A stretch of DNA of 64,000 nucleotides from Myxococcota bacterium (GCA_039028615.1 JBCCHT010000039.1:32001-96000); one strand, 5' to 3'. Positions 28,902-38,969 are shown, counted from the stretch's first letter. Numbers and translations: made by a program. Notes: generated from the letters alone by a model not told the origin.

Positions 28902-30008
28902 GCGGACGACGATCAACCCGCTCCCTACAGCGCGGACTCGATCACGGTGCTCGAGGGCCTCGAGGCCGTGCGTCGGCGGCCCGGGATGTTCGTGGGCAGC
29001 GTGGACGCCGAGGGGGTGCATCACCTGCTGTGGGAGGTCGTGGCCAATGCCCTGGATGAGCACCTCGCCGGGCATGCCCAGCGGGTGCAGGTCTGCCTCG
29101 ACGGCAGCACGGCCACGGTGGAGGACGACGGCCGGGGGATCCCCACCGCGCTGCACCCTTCCGGGAAGACGGCGCTCGAGGTCGTGCTGACCACCCTGCA
29201 AGCAGGGGCGACCGCGGACGGGCACACCCCCCACGTGCACATTGCCCCGTGTCTACACGGCGTGGGGCTGGCCGCCGTCAATGCCCTCTGCGAGCACCTG
29301 CACGCCCGGGTGCACCGCCACGGCCGACGCTTCGAGATCGCCTGCGCCCGGGGGCAGGTCGTCTCGCCCCTGCGGGATCACGGGCCCAGCGACGGCCGGG
29401 GGACTCGGATCGAGCTGCGGCCCGACGCCACCCTCTTCAGCGACACCACCTTCGACCGGGCCCTCGTACGCGAGCACCTGCGCCGGCTCGCGTACTTCAA
29501 CCCGACGCTGCGCATCGGCCTCGACGACGAATCGTTCCACGAGCCCGCCGGTCTCGCCGCCTTCGTCCGCGAGCACGCCTGCGCCCGAGACGAGGCGACC
29601 CCCGTCATCCACCTGTGCGAGGTCGCCCGGGACGTGCGGGTCGAGGTCGCGATCACCTTTGGGGAGCCCGCCGCCCCTCGCACGCACTCCTTCGTCTGCC
29701 AGCGACCCACGAAGGAGGGCGGCACCCATGTGGAGGGCCTGCGGCGCGGCCTCGAGCGAGGCATGCGGGCGTGGTTCCAGGCTCGACCGGCGCTGTCCCC
29801 CGTCCGCCTCGATCGCGTGCCCGGCTTCGTGGGCGCGGTGCACGTCGGCCTCTACGACCCTCGCTTCGGCGGCCCCACCCGGGATCTGCTCGCCGACGGT
29901 GAAGCGCGATCGGCCGTGCACGAGGTCGTGGCGCATCGCCTGCCGCAGTGGCTCGAAGACCACCCCGATCACGCTCGCTGGCTGGCGGCTCGGATCGCGC
30001 CTTCGTGA
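28899..30008 (+). CDS. Stand-alone GyrB/ParE-like GHKL ATPase plus transducer domain (no TOPRIM or C-terminal half)
   Basis: YSADSITVLEGLEAVRRRPGMFVGS, WEVVANALDE, EDDGRGIP, LHGVG...VNAL, GT.I...PD...F, EGGTHVEG. Stops at about 370 aa, at the end of the transducer; no downstream half is present. Confidence 0.85.
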   Translation: MADDDQPAPYSADSITVLEGLEAVRRRPGMFVGSVDAEGVHHLLWEVVANALDEHLAGHAQRVQVCLDGSTATVEDDGRGIPTALHPSGKTALEVVLTTLQAGATADGHTPHVHIAPCLHGVGLAAVNALCEHLHARVHRHGRRFEIACARGQVVSPLRDHGPSDGRGTRIELRPDATLFSDTTFDRALVREHLRRLAYFNPTLRIGLDDESFHEPAGLAAFVREHACARDEATPVIHLCEVARDVRVEVAITFGEPAAPRTHSFVCQRPTKEGGTHVEGLRRGLERGMRAWFQARPALSPVRLDRVPGFVGAVHVGLYDPRFGGPTRDLLADGEARSAVHEVVAHRLPQWLEDHPDHARWLAARIAPS

Positions 30009-30155
30009 GCCTCTACGGCGACCGGTTGTGCGCCTCGGGACGGCGACCGACGATCCGCTTTCGCGGCCATTGAACAATTCCGCCTCCGAGGGGGTGACCG
30101 ACGACCCCATGAAGAGGAGCCCCGGCGATGAAGCCTCGGCTCCTCTTTGTTCCTC

Positions 30156-30689
30156 TCACTCGCCGGTAGAGCCCGCGTCCTTGGGCAGGTTCTCGCAGGC
30201 CGTGCCCGCGTGCTCGCAGGTGAACCCGGGCCACGACACGCAATCGGCGTCGTTGGCCTGGCACTCGAGCAGGCAATAGCCGTGGGCGCACAAGAAGCCC
30301 TCGTCGCACACCGTCTGATCGATGCCGCAGAACACCAGGCACGTGTCGAAACACTGCGGGCTTCGGCAGCACATCTCGCCCTGGTCGCAGGCGGGCACCG
30401 TGGCGCAAGGCTGACCCAGCGTAGGCGCAGGACCGGTGGATTCGCTCGACCCCGCCCCCGTGCTCGTGGACGTCGTCGCGCCGCTCGCCTCACCCGTGGT
30501 CTCGGCGGCGGCTTGGGTCGTAGACGCCGACGAATCGGTCGCGGCGTCGGACGTGCTCGACGCCGCACTCTGGCCGCCGCCGGCATTGGCATTCCACAGC
30601 GGGTTCTCGCCGATGAAACAACCACCGAGCGACACGAGCATGACCAACGACCACGCCCTACGGCGAGATCGCGAGCCCTTCGTCGGCAT
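30156..30689 (-). CDS. Small Cys-rich lipoprotein
   Basis: LVMLVSLGGC lipobox, Ser/Thr linker, Cys-rich C-terminal domain. Start uncertain. Confidence 0.7.
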   Translation of the reverse strand: MPTKGSRSRRRAWSLVMLVSLGGCFIGENPLWNANAGGGQSAASSTSDAATDSSASTTQAAAETTGEASGATTSTSTGAGSSESTGPAPTLGQPCATVPACDQGEMCCRSPQCFDTCLVFCGIDQTVCDEGFLCAHGYCLLECQANDADCVSWPGFTCEHAGTACENLPKDAGSTGE

Positions 30690-30817
30690 GGTCTGTGGAT
30701 GCAGCATGCGTCGTTTCCGACCCAGGAGAGCATCATACCGCACTCCGAGGTGAGCCCGATCGCCGGTCGGCGGGATTTGTGACGCAGGCGCTTGGCGCCG
30801 CGGTGGGCCGCGCTACC

Positions 30818-31825
30818 ATGCGCTCCGTGCCCGCGATCGCCTGGAAACGGTGGTGCGTCACGCTGCTCGGCCTCAGCGTCTCCACCGCGCTCGCTTCACC
30901 CGCCATGGCGGGCGAGTCGGACGTCTCCACCGTTGTCCTACCGATCTCCACCGAAGGCGAGCTGAGCCAAGTCGCGCTCGACCGGATCGACGCTTCGCTG
31001 CGCAAGGGCCTGACCTCGGGCGGACTGTCCATCGTCGACGGCGGCGGCACGAGCCCGTGTGCCGATGCGCAATGCGTGGCCGATCGGGCCACACAAGCCG
31101 AAGCAAACACCGCCGTGCAGCTCCAGCTCGTGCTCGAAGGTCGCGACTATCGCATCGAGCTATTGGCCACCGATCGCGATGGCAAGCCGCTCACGGCATC
31201 GGCCGAGTGTGCCATCTGTGGCTTCGACGAGGCCGCGACCGTCGTCGGAGACGAAGCCACGATCCTGGCCGGAAAGCTCACCGAGGGCCCTGAACCGGCC
31301 CAGGTCACCGTCGACACGACCCCCGCAGGCGCAGCCGTCTATCTCGACGACGAGCCGGTCGGGACGTCACCCTTGTCCATCGACGTCACCGAAGGCGAGC
31401 ACGAGATCCGCCTCGAGAAAGAGGGCTTCGGTACCAAGCGCGCCACGTACTCGGCGGTGGGCGGGGTGAAGGAAAAACTCAGCTACGAGATGGTCGCCCA
31501 GACGGCCCCGAGCAAGTCGATGCGCACGGGAGGCTGGGCCGCGGTGGGAGCCGGGGCCGCGGCGTTCATCGCCGGAGTGGGCTCGCTGGCAATCAACGGG
31601 CGCGACGTCCCGTGGCGCTGCGACGACCCGGTCAACATCGACGCCAACGGAATCTGCCGCTACCAGTTCACCTCGGTGCCGGTCGGCGCGACGCTGCTGG
31701 CGCTGGGCTCGGCGAGCGTGGCCGCGGGCACGGTGTGGCTGCTCGTCGATCGCAACCGCCGTCGCGCCGACGCCAAGCAGGTGCGCATCATCCCCACCGG
31801 GCTGGGCATCGCGGGTCGGTTCTGA
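30818..31825 (+). CDS. PEGA domain-containing protein
   Basis: Signal peptide; V.VDTTPAGA.VYLD...VG.SP......GEH.IRLEKEGF (PEGA); two C-terminal hydrophobic helices; ends in G(I)AGRF. Confidence 0.85.
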   Translation: MRSVPAIAWKRWCVTLLGLSVSTALASPAMAGESDVSTVVLPISTEGELSQVALDRIDASLRKGLTSGGLSIVDGGGTSPCADAQCVADRATQAEANTAVQLQLVLEGRDYRIELLATDRDGKPLTASAECAICGFDEAATVVGDEATILAGKLTEGPEPAQVTVDTTPAGAAVYLDDEPVGTSPLSIDVTEGEHEIRLEKEGFGTKRATYSAVGGVKEKLSYEMVAQTAPSKSMRTGGWAAVGAGAAAFIAGVGSLAINGRDVPWRCDDPVNIDANGICRYQFTSVPVGATLLALGSASVAAGTVWLLVDRNRRRADAKQVRIIPTGLGIAGRF

Positions 31826-31913
31826 GCCTCCACTCACACATCAGACTTTCCCTGACAGCAACGCTCGCCGGGCCGCGATTTCGGGCGCCTGCGAGCGATG
31901 TGCCCGGTGGCAC

Positions 31914-32414
31914 TTACAACAGATCGTAGAACTCGCCAGGCCCGAGGAACAGCACCGGAGTCGAGCCGAAGCGGATCCGGTCGCCCGTGTTGACCACGAT
32001 CGACTCGTTGGGCTCGAGCTCGCGATCGCCGACGGTGGTGCCGTTGCTGGACTTGCGATCGCGCAGCACTGCGCGGGTGGGAGTCTCGATCCGAAAATCG
32101 GCGTGGTACTTGGAGATGTCGCGGCTTCGGATCATCACGTCGCAGTTGCGGGTCCGCCCCACGATGATGCGATCGCGATAGGGGTTGGCCCCCGTGCTCC
32201 GCAGCGGCAGCACGCGATGGGCGGGGGGGAGCTCGTCGCGCGGACCGGGGGTGGTCTGCGTTCGGAACTCGAAGTCGACGTCGGCGTCTTCGTCGACCAG
32301 CAGCACGAAGGGGTAGTTGAAGCGGAGGATGAAGTCCTTGCGCGAGAACTCCCGCTTGCGCTCGACCCACCGCTCGTCGCTGATCTGGACTTCCTCTTCT
32401 TCGTTAATTTCCAA
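31914..32414 (-). CDS. FHA domain protein
   Basis: IIVGR...CDV.I....ISKYHA...LRDRKSSNGT...GDRIRFG; overlaps the kinase stop codon. Confidence 0.9.
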   Translation of the reverse strand: MEINEEEEVQISDERWVERKREFSRKDFILRFNYPFVLLVDEDADVDFEFRTQTTPGPRDELPPAHRVLPLRSTGANPYRDRIIVGRTRNCDVMIRSRDISKYHADFRIETPTRAVLRDRKSSNGTTVGDRELEPNESIVVNTGDRIRFGSTPVLFLGPGEFYDLL

Positions 32415-34677
32415 CGGTCTTCTCCAGCTTCTCGAGGCGCTTGGTGGCGCTCGGGTGACCTAGGGACTGGGCCTTGTCGTAGTGACGTCGTGCTTCGCCG
32501 TACTCCAAGACCTTGAAGTGCGCATCGCCGAGCAGGATCCGGAGGTTCCCCTGGCTGGGCGAACGCTTGATGGCCCGCTTGGCGAAGACCAGAGACTTTC
32601 GATATCGACCCCGCTCGAAGTAGAGCTCGGCGAGCCCGGACAGCGCTGCCTTGTTCTTGGAGTCGAACTCGAGGGCACGATGATACAGGGTCTCGGCGCG
32701 ATCGAGCTGGTTGGCCGAGAACGCGGCCTTGGCTTCCTTGGCGACCGCGGCCGACTTGGCGGGATCGCGCTGCGCCGCGCCGTCGTCGGTGGCTCGTGGT
32801 CGCCGACCCGACCCCGAGCCTTCGTCGGTGGACGATGGTGAGGTCGGTTCCGCGGCGGGCTCGTCGGCGGCGTCTCCGTCGGCCGACGCTTCGACCGCCG
32901 GTTCATCCGCCGGCTCGGGCGCAGGAGCGGGTTCGGCCGCATCGGTGGCAGGCGGGCGAGCGTCGTCGATGCCCGCCCCGCGCGTCGCCTCTGCATCGTT
33001 CGGGCCATCCCACCCCTCGAGGATTTCAGCCACGTGGACGTCGGTCGTCAGCGGCCCCACCCGGTCGCGAACCTCGGCCAGCATCACGTTCCGCACGCCG
33101 GTCTCCGGCGCGGCCAGGGCCACCAGCGACTGCGCCGCTTCGAGCTCCAGCTTCGAGAAGCTGCGCTCGCGGGCTCTCACCTCGAGCGAGGCGAGCTGCC
33201 CGGGTGTCATGCGAAGGCGCGACGCGGCGTGCTCGTGCTCGGGCAGAAAGGTCAGCGCCCCCGCGTAGTAGTCCATCGAGAAGGGCCGGCCTCCGTCTTG
33301 GTCGTAGTAGCGATCGCCCAGGGCGACCAGCGTGCTGCCGAACTCCGTGCGGAGGTCGGCCGCCCGTTCGTCGGCCGGATCGGCCGCGTCGCCCTCGGTC
33401 CGCTCGAGTTCGAGCACCAGCGTGTACGCGGTCTCGGCGTTGGGCTCGGCCACCGACGGATAGATGTAGTGACTCTTGGCGGCCGCCGCCCGGGCGTCGA
33501 TGGTCAGCTGCTCGATGCGATCGCGCTCGGCCGGCTCGAGCTCGCCCCTGAACATCAGCATGGCCGCGCTGGTCAGCACCGCCGTGGCCGCGACCACTCC
33601 CGCCAGCGCCATCATCTGGGTCCGCCGCGAGCGTCGATCTTTGACCAGCGCGTGCAGCAGGGACTCCATGTCGGGCCAGCGCTGCTCGGGGTGGAGCGAG
33701 AGCCCGCGAATGATCGTCGCCCGCAGCCACGAGGGCACCCCCGGGTCGCGCAGCGGCTGCGACCAGTTCTGCTCCAGCGTGTTCTTGCGGACGATGTCGA
33801 GGGTCCGACCGCCGAAGGGCCGGTTGCCGTATAGCGACTGATACAGGCTCACGCAGAACGCATACTGATCGGCGCGACCGTCGATCTTGGTGTCGGCCGA
33901 GTACTGCTCGGGCGCCATGTAGCCCGGCGTGCCGATGCCCCCGCTGGGCCCCTGCACCGAGGGATCGCGGCCGATGGCGTCGGGCGAGACCATGGGCTTG
34001 AACACCGCCTCGGCGATGCCGAAATCGAGCACGCGCACCCGCCCGTCGTGACCGAGCATGACGTTGCTCGGCTTGAAGTCGCGGTAGATGAGCCCCGCCT
34101 CGTGGGCCGCCGCCAAGCCGATGCCCGCCTTCTCGTAGACGTCGCGGACCGCCTTCCAGCCCCCTTCTTCGGGTAGATCCCAGTCGCGCAGCGTCACCCC
34201 GTCGATGAGCTCCATCGCGATGAAGAGCCGCTCGTCGGCGATCCCCACGTCGAAGATGGGCACCACGTTGGGGTGCGAGAGCTTCGCCATGATCCGCGCC
34301 TCTTGGCGCAGGTTGTCGCGGAGCTGGGCGTCGTCGGCGGAGACGTTCCGGTGCAGGACCTTGATCGCCACCCGGCGGTCGAGCTCGGGATCGTAGGCAG
34401 CGAACACCGCCCCGAGCGCTCCTTTACCGACCTGCTCGATGATGAGGTAGCGACCGAGCGTGCGGCCGGGGAGCGTCTGGCCGAGATCGTCGTCGGTGGT
34501 CTCGAGCACGCCCGCCGCGGCCTGCACGGTGGCCTCGTCTTCACCGAAGAGGAGCTCCTGCAGGCGCTCGTCACAGGATGGGCACTGCTCGACGTGCTCC
34601 ATCGCCGCTTCGCGTTGGGCCGACGACAGCTTGTTGCCGGCCAAGTCCGCCATCACGGCATCGTGCAGACACTCCAC
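32404..34677 (-). CDS. Membrane Ser/Thr protein kinase with N-terminal zinc finger (zf-HC2-like) and C-terminal TPR
   Basis: HVEQCPSC; GKGALG, VAIK, YRDFKPSN, DFG, GTPGYMAPEQ; one TM helix; Pro/Ala linker; TPR tail. Confidence 0.9.
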   Translation of the reverse strand: MECLHDAVMADLAGNKLSSAQREAAMEHVEQCPSCDERLQELLFGEDEATVQAAAGVLETTDDDLGQTLPGRTLGRYLIIEQVGKGALGAVFAAYDPELDRRVAIKVLHRNVSADDAQLRDNLRQEARIMAKLSHPNVVPIFDVGIADERLFIAMELIDGVTLRDWDLPEEGGWKAVRDVYEKAGIGLAAAHEAGLIYRDFKPSNVMLGHDGRVRVLDFGIAEAVFKPMVSPDAIGRDPSVQGPSGGIGTPGYMAPEQYSADTKIDGRADQYAFCVSLYQSLYGNRPFGGRTLDIVRKNTLEQNWSQPLRDPGVPSWLRATIIRGLSLHPEQRWPDMESLLHALVKDRRSRRTQMMALAGVVAATAVLTSAAMLMFRGELEPAERDRIEQLTIDARAAAAKSHYIYPSVAEPNAETAYTLVLELERTEGDAADPADERAADLRTEFGSTLVALGDRYYDQDGGRPFSMDYYAGALTFLPEHEHAASRLRMTPGQLASLEVRARERSFSKLELEAAQSLVALAAPETGVRNVMLAEVRDRVGPLTTDVHVAEILEGWDGPNDAEATRGAGIDDARPPATDAAEPAPAPEPADEPAVEASADGDAADEPAAEPTSPSSTDEGSGSGRRPRATDDGAAQRDPAKSAAVAKEAKAAFSANQLDRAETLYHRALEFDSKNKAALSGLAELYFERGRYRKSLVFAKRAIKRSPSQGNLRILLGDAHFKVLEYGEARRHYDKAQSLGHPSATKRLEKLEKTVGN

Positions 34678-34914
34678 TTTGTGCCGATCCTAACCCATTC
34701 AGTGTCGATCACCGCATTCATTGCCGGACTCGAGCACCCACATGAACGTCGACGCACTCGACCGTTGTGCAGTCGCGGTACGAGCTGTTCGCGACCGGCC
34801 GCATTCGGACTCGGGCGGCGAGCGACTTCGCTCGGACTCCGCCGAATGTGACATGGCAATGGCACTTTCGATCAGGGGAACAGCCCTCACACTCCTTCGC
34901 ACAAGCGAGCACCC

Positions 34915-35012
34915 AAATGTATTTAAAGTTAGTTTTTGAGTTGCTAAAGTTATTTAAATGCTTCGAAGATCTTGCTTAACATCGAAATATTTTGGTGCTA
35001 TGAACTACATTC
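34915..35012. promoter_or_regulatory. AT-rich divergent promoter region with TAAAGTTA direct repeats
   Basis: Sharp AT island; TAAAGTTA at 34924-31 and 34945-52 (21-bp spacing); TATTTAAA occurs twice. Confidence 0.5.
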
Positions 35013-35013
35013 A

Positions 35014-36276
35014 ATGCGTCGCTGTAGAACGATCCCTGAGGCGGTTTCGATTGCGCTGTTGTGCGCTGTCGGTGGCATGAGCGGGTGTGACGAGGCCGAG
35101 AAGACCCAGCCGCAAGAGCTGCGAACCATCGTTCAACAGATCCAGACCACGCCGACGGCGGAGGGCAGTCGTCTCGGCTTCGACATGCTCACCGTGGACA
35201 AGCACACCGCCGGAGCCATGGCGTGTGACCCCGGAGCCACCATCACCATCGGGGTCAGCTACGAGGGACCCGAAGGACCCTTCGACATCGTCGAAGATTG
35301 GCAGATCCAAGTGGTCTGCGAAGACGATCCCTCGTACGAAGTCGCGGTCGTGCTGGACAACAGCGGCTCGGAACACGACTACATCGACGTCATCACCGAT
35401 GCGGCCAGTGCCTTCGCCGACGAGCTGCTCGGCCTGGGCGGCCGCATGTCGTTGGTCCGCATCAGCACCCAATCCGAGGTGCTCGAGGGAGTCACGGACG
35501 ACGAGGTCCTGCTCACCGACGCCATCGATCAGCTCTACGCCGGCAACGGCTGGACCGCGCTCTACGACGCGGTACGCATGGGCGGCGAGACCCTGGCCGA
35601 GAGCGCCGAGGCAGCGCCCGACGCCCCCGCCCCCGGGGTCGAAGCCAGCCAGTCCTGCACCGCGCCGAGTCGACGCTCCATCGCGGTCTACACCGATGGC
35701 CAAGAGAACAACTCCGCCGACCAGCACCCCTGCGAGAGCTGCTCGGGACCCTCGGACGGCATCGACACCACGCTCGAAGACCTCGCCCTCCTCCACGTCA
35801 ACTACGTCCCCATTCCCATCTATGTGGTGGGCGTCGGCGAGAACATCCACACCGACGAGCTGACCATCATGGCCGAGGCCAACGGTGGCACCTACTTCCC
35901 CGTGGACAGCCACGAGGAGATGCTCGAGGTCTTGCCCGAGATCGCAGCCTACGGCACCAGTGCCGCGCATGTCTGCGTGGACGTGTTCAACCCCGAGTGC
36001 GGGCCCGCGTGGGTGCAGATCACCGTACAGACCGAGGCCGGCGGGGCGACCATCGAGAGCACGACCGTCCACGCCACCGAGTTCTGCCCGGCGCTGCCCG
36101 ACTTCCCCGTGGCGCCACCTCCCGGTGGTGGCGAGCCTCCGCCTCCGGGCGAGCCGCCTCCTCCCGAGCCTCCGCCTCCGGGCGGAGAGCCACCGCCGCC
36201 TCTGCCCCCGCCTCCGGGTGGCGAGCCTCCGCCGCCTCTGCCCCCGCCCCTGCCTCCGCCGCCTCCCGGCCCCTGA
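35014..36276 (+). CDS. von Willebrand factor A domain lipoprotein with poly-proline tail
   Basis: GGMSGC lipobox; MIDAS motif VVLDNSGS, TALYDAV, YTDGQEN; C-terminal (GG)EPPPP repeats. Confidence 0.85.
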   Translation: MRRCRTIPEAVSIALLCAVGGMSGCDEAEKTQPQELRTIVQQIQTTPTAEGSRLGFDMLTVDKHTAGAMACDPGATITIGVSYEGPEGPFDIVEDWQIQVVCEDDPSYEVAVVLDNSGSEHDYIDVITDAASAFADELLGLGGRMSLVRISTQSEVLEGVTDDEVLLTDAIDQLYAGNGWTALYDAVRMGGETLAESAEAAPDAPAPGVEASQSCTAPSRRSIAVYTDGQENNSADQHPCESCSGPSDGIDTTLEDLALLHVNYVPIPIYVVGVGENIHTDELTIMAEANGGTYFPVDSHEEMLEVLPEIAAYGTSAAHVCVDVFNPECGPAWVQITVQTEAGGATIESTTVHATEFCPALPDFPVAPPPGGGEPPPPGEPPPPEPPPPGGEPPPPLPPPPGGEPPPPLPPPLPPPPPGP

Positions 36277-36316
36277 GTCATCGCGGTCTGGCCACCCACG
36301 GCGGGTGAGTCATGTT

Positions 36317-36346
36317 CGGGAGCTTCGCGTCGATGCGAAGCTCCCG
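36317..36346. terminator. Hairpin between convergent genes
   Basis: CGGGAGCTTCGC / GCGAAGCTCCCG perfect 12-bp stem. Confidence 0.7.
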
Positions 36347-36361
36347 CGCTTCGTTTTGGCG

Positions 36362-37204
36362 TCAGTTGCAGCTGCCCGCGATGCAGATCTCGTCGTGATC
36401 GCAGTCGTCCCCGCAGCCGCCACAGTGGTCGTGGTCGGAGTCGAAGTTCACACAGTCGCCTTCGCACTCGGTGAACCCCTCCGGACAGGTGCAGTTGCCC
36501 GCGACGCAGTCTTGGTTGCCGCCGCAGGCGTTGTCGCAGCCGCCACAGTGCAGCGGATCGGTGGCTGCGTCGGCGCAGTCGTCCCCGCACTGGATCGTGC
36601 CCGCCGGGCAGGTGCTCTGGCACGTGCCCCCGCCACAGACCTGCCCGTCGCACGACGAGCCGCACGCGCCACAGTGGTCGGCGTCGGAGTCCGTGGTGAC
36701 GCACTCGGTCCCGCATAGCGTGGCGCCGAGCGGACACTCCTCGACGCAGTTTCCCGACACGCAGGTCTCGCTGCTATTGCAGTTTTCGTCACACTCGCCG
36801 CAGTGGTCGAGATTGACGCTGAGATCGACGCAGTCCTCGTCGCACATCACGTGGGTGGCCGGGCACTCGCCGCCGCAGACCCCCACCACGCACTCGACGT
36901 CGGCCGCACAGGCAAACCCACACTCGCCGCAGTGCCCCTCGTCGTTGTCGAGGTTGAAGCACGCCTGACCGCAGACCGACTCGCCCTCGGGGCACCCGTT
37001 GCTGCCGTCCAGCTCGCCCGTGGAGCCGTCGGCCGCCGTCTCCGAGCCCGCCGCGGTGGTGGTGCCGACGGCGGTCGTGTTCCCGCCGCCCTCCGTGGCC
37101 GCGCCGCTGGTCGCCGTGCCGCCATCGTCTCCGCACGCAAAGGAGAGCACGCCGCCCAGCACGAGCGCGACGACGGGGGTCAACATCCTCGGGGTTTCAG
37201 CCAT
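36362..37204 (-). CDS. Cys-rich repeat lipoprotein (STIG1-like C..D..HCG.C...C repeats)
   Basis: GGAG RBS, ATG 37204; LSFAC lipobox; five repeats. Confidence 0.85.
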   Translation of the reverse strand: MAETPRMLTPVVALVLGGVLSFACGDDGGTATSGAATEGGGNTTAVGTTTAAGSETAADGSTGELDGSNGCPEGESVCGQACFNLDNDEGHCGECGFACAADVECVVGVCGGECPATHVMCDEDCVDLSVNLDHCGECDENCNSSETCVSGNCVEECPLGATLCGTECVTTDSDADHCGACGSSCDGQVCGGGTCQSTCPAGTIQCGDDCADAATDPLHCGGCDNACGGNQDCVAGNCTCPEGFTECEGDCVNFDSDHDHCGGCGDDCDHDEICIAGSCN

Positions 37205-37229
37205 ACGGTTCTCCCTCCTCGAGACGGGC

Positions 37230-38552
37230 TCAGAAGCACTGGACGGCCTCGGTGCACACGGTGGCCCCGCCGAGCAGGTCCCACTCGCAACACAGGTCGA
37301 AGTCGTCGACACATTCGTCGCAGGGGCACGAGTCGCAGGTCGGCGCGAGCACCCAGTCCTCGCAGTTGCCGTTGACGCACACGCGGTTGCCCGAGCACTC
37401 GTTGTCGCACTCGCCACAGTGGTTCGGGTCCGTCTGGAAGTCGACGCAGCTCGAGCCGCACTGGTTGGGGAACTCGCCGCAGTCCATCAGGCAGTTGCCG
37501 CCGCCGCAGGGCGAGCCCACGCAGTCGTTGCCACACTCGCCGCAGTGCAAGGGGTCGGTATTGGGATCGATGCAGTCCCCGTCGCACTCGATCCAGCCCG
37601 GCTTGCACACGCAGGTGCTCATCATGCAGACCTCGTCCCAGAAGCCGCAGTCGTCCCCGCAGGCGCCGCAGTGGTCGGGATCGTAGTCGACGTCGACACA
37701 CTCGCTGTTGCACGCCTCGAGGCCTTCTTCGCACAGGCAGTTGCCCAGCTCGCAGACCCCGGTGTCACAGTCGTTGAAGCAGTCGCCGCAATGATCGGGG
37801 TTGTTCGACAGGTCGACGCACTCGTCGCTGCACGACACCGCGTCCCCGATGCAGTTGCAGTTGCCCGACACGCAGACCTGCTGCCCGCCGCAGTCGTCGT
37901 CACAGCCGCCGCAGTTGAGCGGGTCCGTCTGCGGGTCGACGCAGTCCTGGATGCACTGCACCGAGCCCATGGGGCAGGAGTCGACGCACTCGCCCTTGGA
38001 GCACACCTGGTCCTGCGTGCACGCGGCGTTGCAGGCACCGCAGTGGTCGGCGTCGGAGTCCGTGCTCACGCAGTCGCCGTCGCACAGGGTCGCGCCCACC
38101 GGGCACTCGCCCACGCACAGCCCGGTCAGGCAGAACTGCTCGGCATCGCAGGCATTGCCACACTCGCCGCAGTTGGCGGCATCGATGGAGACGTTGACGC
38201 AGGCGCCATTGCACTGGACCTCGCCCTCGCCACAGATCTCCGCGCACGTGCCCTCTTCGCACTGCTGGTCCTCGGTGCAGGCGTTGTCACACGCACCGCA
38301 GTGGTCCTGGTCGGTCTGCGTGTCGACGCACGCATCGCCGCACCGAGTCTCCGAGTCCGCGCAAGCGCCCGCCGTGGTGTCGCCTCCGCTGGTGGTGGTC
38401 GTGGCCACCGGTCCCGTGCTGCTCGTGCCGGTCGACGACCCCGAACTCGCCTGACCACCACCATCGTCGCCGCAGGCGGAGGCCAAGAGCATGGTCATGC
38501 CCACTACCGTTCGTACAACCCAACTATGCTTCCTGCATTGCGTCATGGTCAT
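37230..38552 (-). CDS. Cys-rich repeat lipoprotein (STIG1-like repeats), paralogue of its neighbour
   Basis: LLASAC lipobox; about eight CVD...D..(H/N)CG.C...C repeats. Confidence 0.85.
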   Translation of the reverse strand: MTMTQCRKHSWVVRTVVGMTMLLASACGDDGGGQASSGSSTGTSSTGPVATTTTSGGDTTAGACADSETRCGDACVDTQTDQDHCGACDNACTEDQQCEEGTCAEICGEGEVQCNGACVNVSIDAANCGECGNACDAEQFCLTGLCVGECPVGATLCDGDCVSTDSDADHCGACNAACTQDQVCSKGECVDSCPMGSVQCIQDCVDPQTDPLNCGGCDDDCGGQQVCVSGNCNCIGDAVSCSDECVDLSNNPDHCGDCFNDCDTGVCELGNCLCEEGLEACNSECVDVDYDPDHCGACGDDCGFWDEVCMMSTCVCKPGWIECDGDCIDPNTDPLHCGECGNDCVGSPCGGGNCLMDCGEFPNQCGSSCVDFQTDPNHCGECDNECSGNRVCVNGNCEDWVLAPTCDSCPCDECVDDFDLCCEWDLLGGATVCTEAVQCF

Positions 38553-38969
38553 GTCAGTCGCAGCTCCGTAGGCCAGCACGGTAACAGATTCAATTATCCA
38601 CCGCGGCGCGAAAACGGGGCGTACGAGCGTTACTGCGCGTGCCTATCGAGTGACACGGACCATTGCGGGCCATTTCGAAAACGTCGATTCGAAACTCGGT
38701 GACGACAGGTACTTCTGACAGTTGTCGCTCTCGATGCCGATGATAGTTTGAGATCGGTTGTAGTCGCACACGGGAAGAACCCGAGCTCGAGCCCCCTCTC
38801 GTGCTTCGGATTCGAGTCCTGGACCACGACCACTGCTCGCCAACGACTCGGTGCTGGTGCCCGCCGGGAAGGTCCGATGCGTCGGACCTTCGACCCCCCG
38901 GTGGCGTCACGCCGAGCTCCTGGCGAGTTACTTGACTTCTCTACGCGAATCGAGCAAAGGGAGGCGATC

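Noticed and set aside
28899..30008. Housekeeping gyrB or parE
   Set aside because: Lacks TOPRIM and the C-terminal half, the key lysines are altered, and no gyrA/parC is adjacent.
34070..34095. Pseudokinase call based on YRD instead of HRD
   Set aside because: YRD occurs in active kinases, and the VAIK Lys, catalytic Asp/Asn and DFG are intact.
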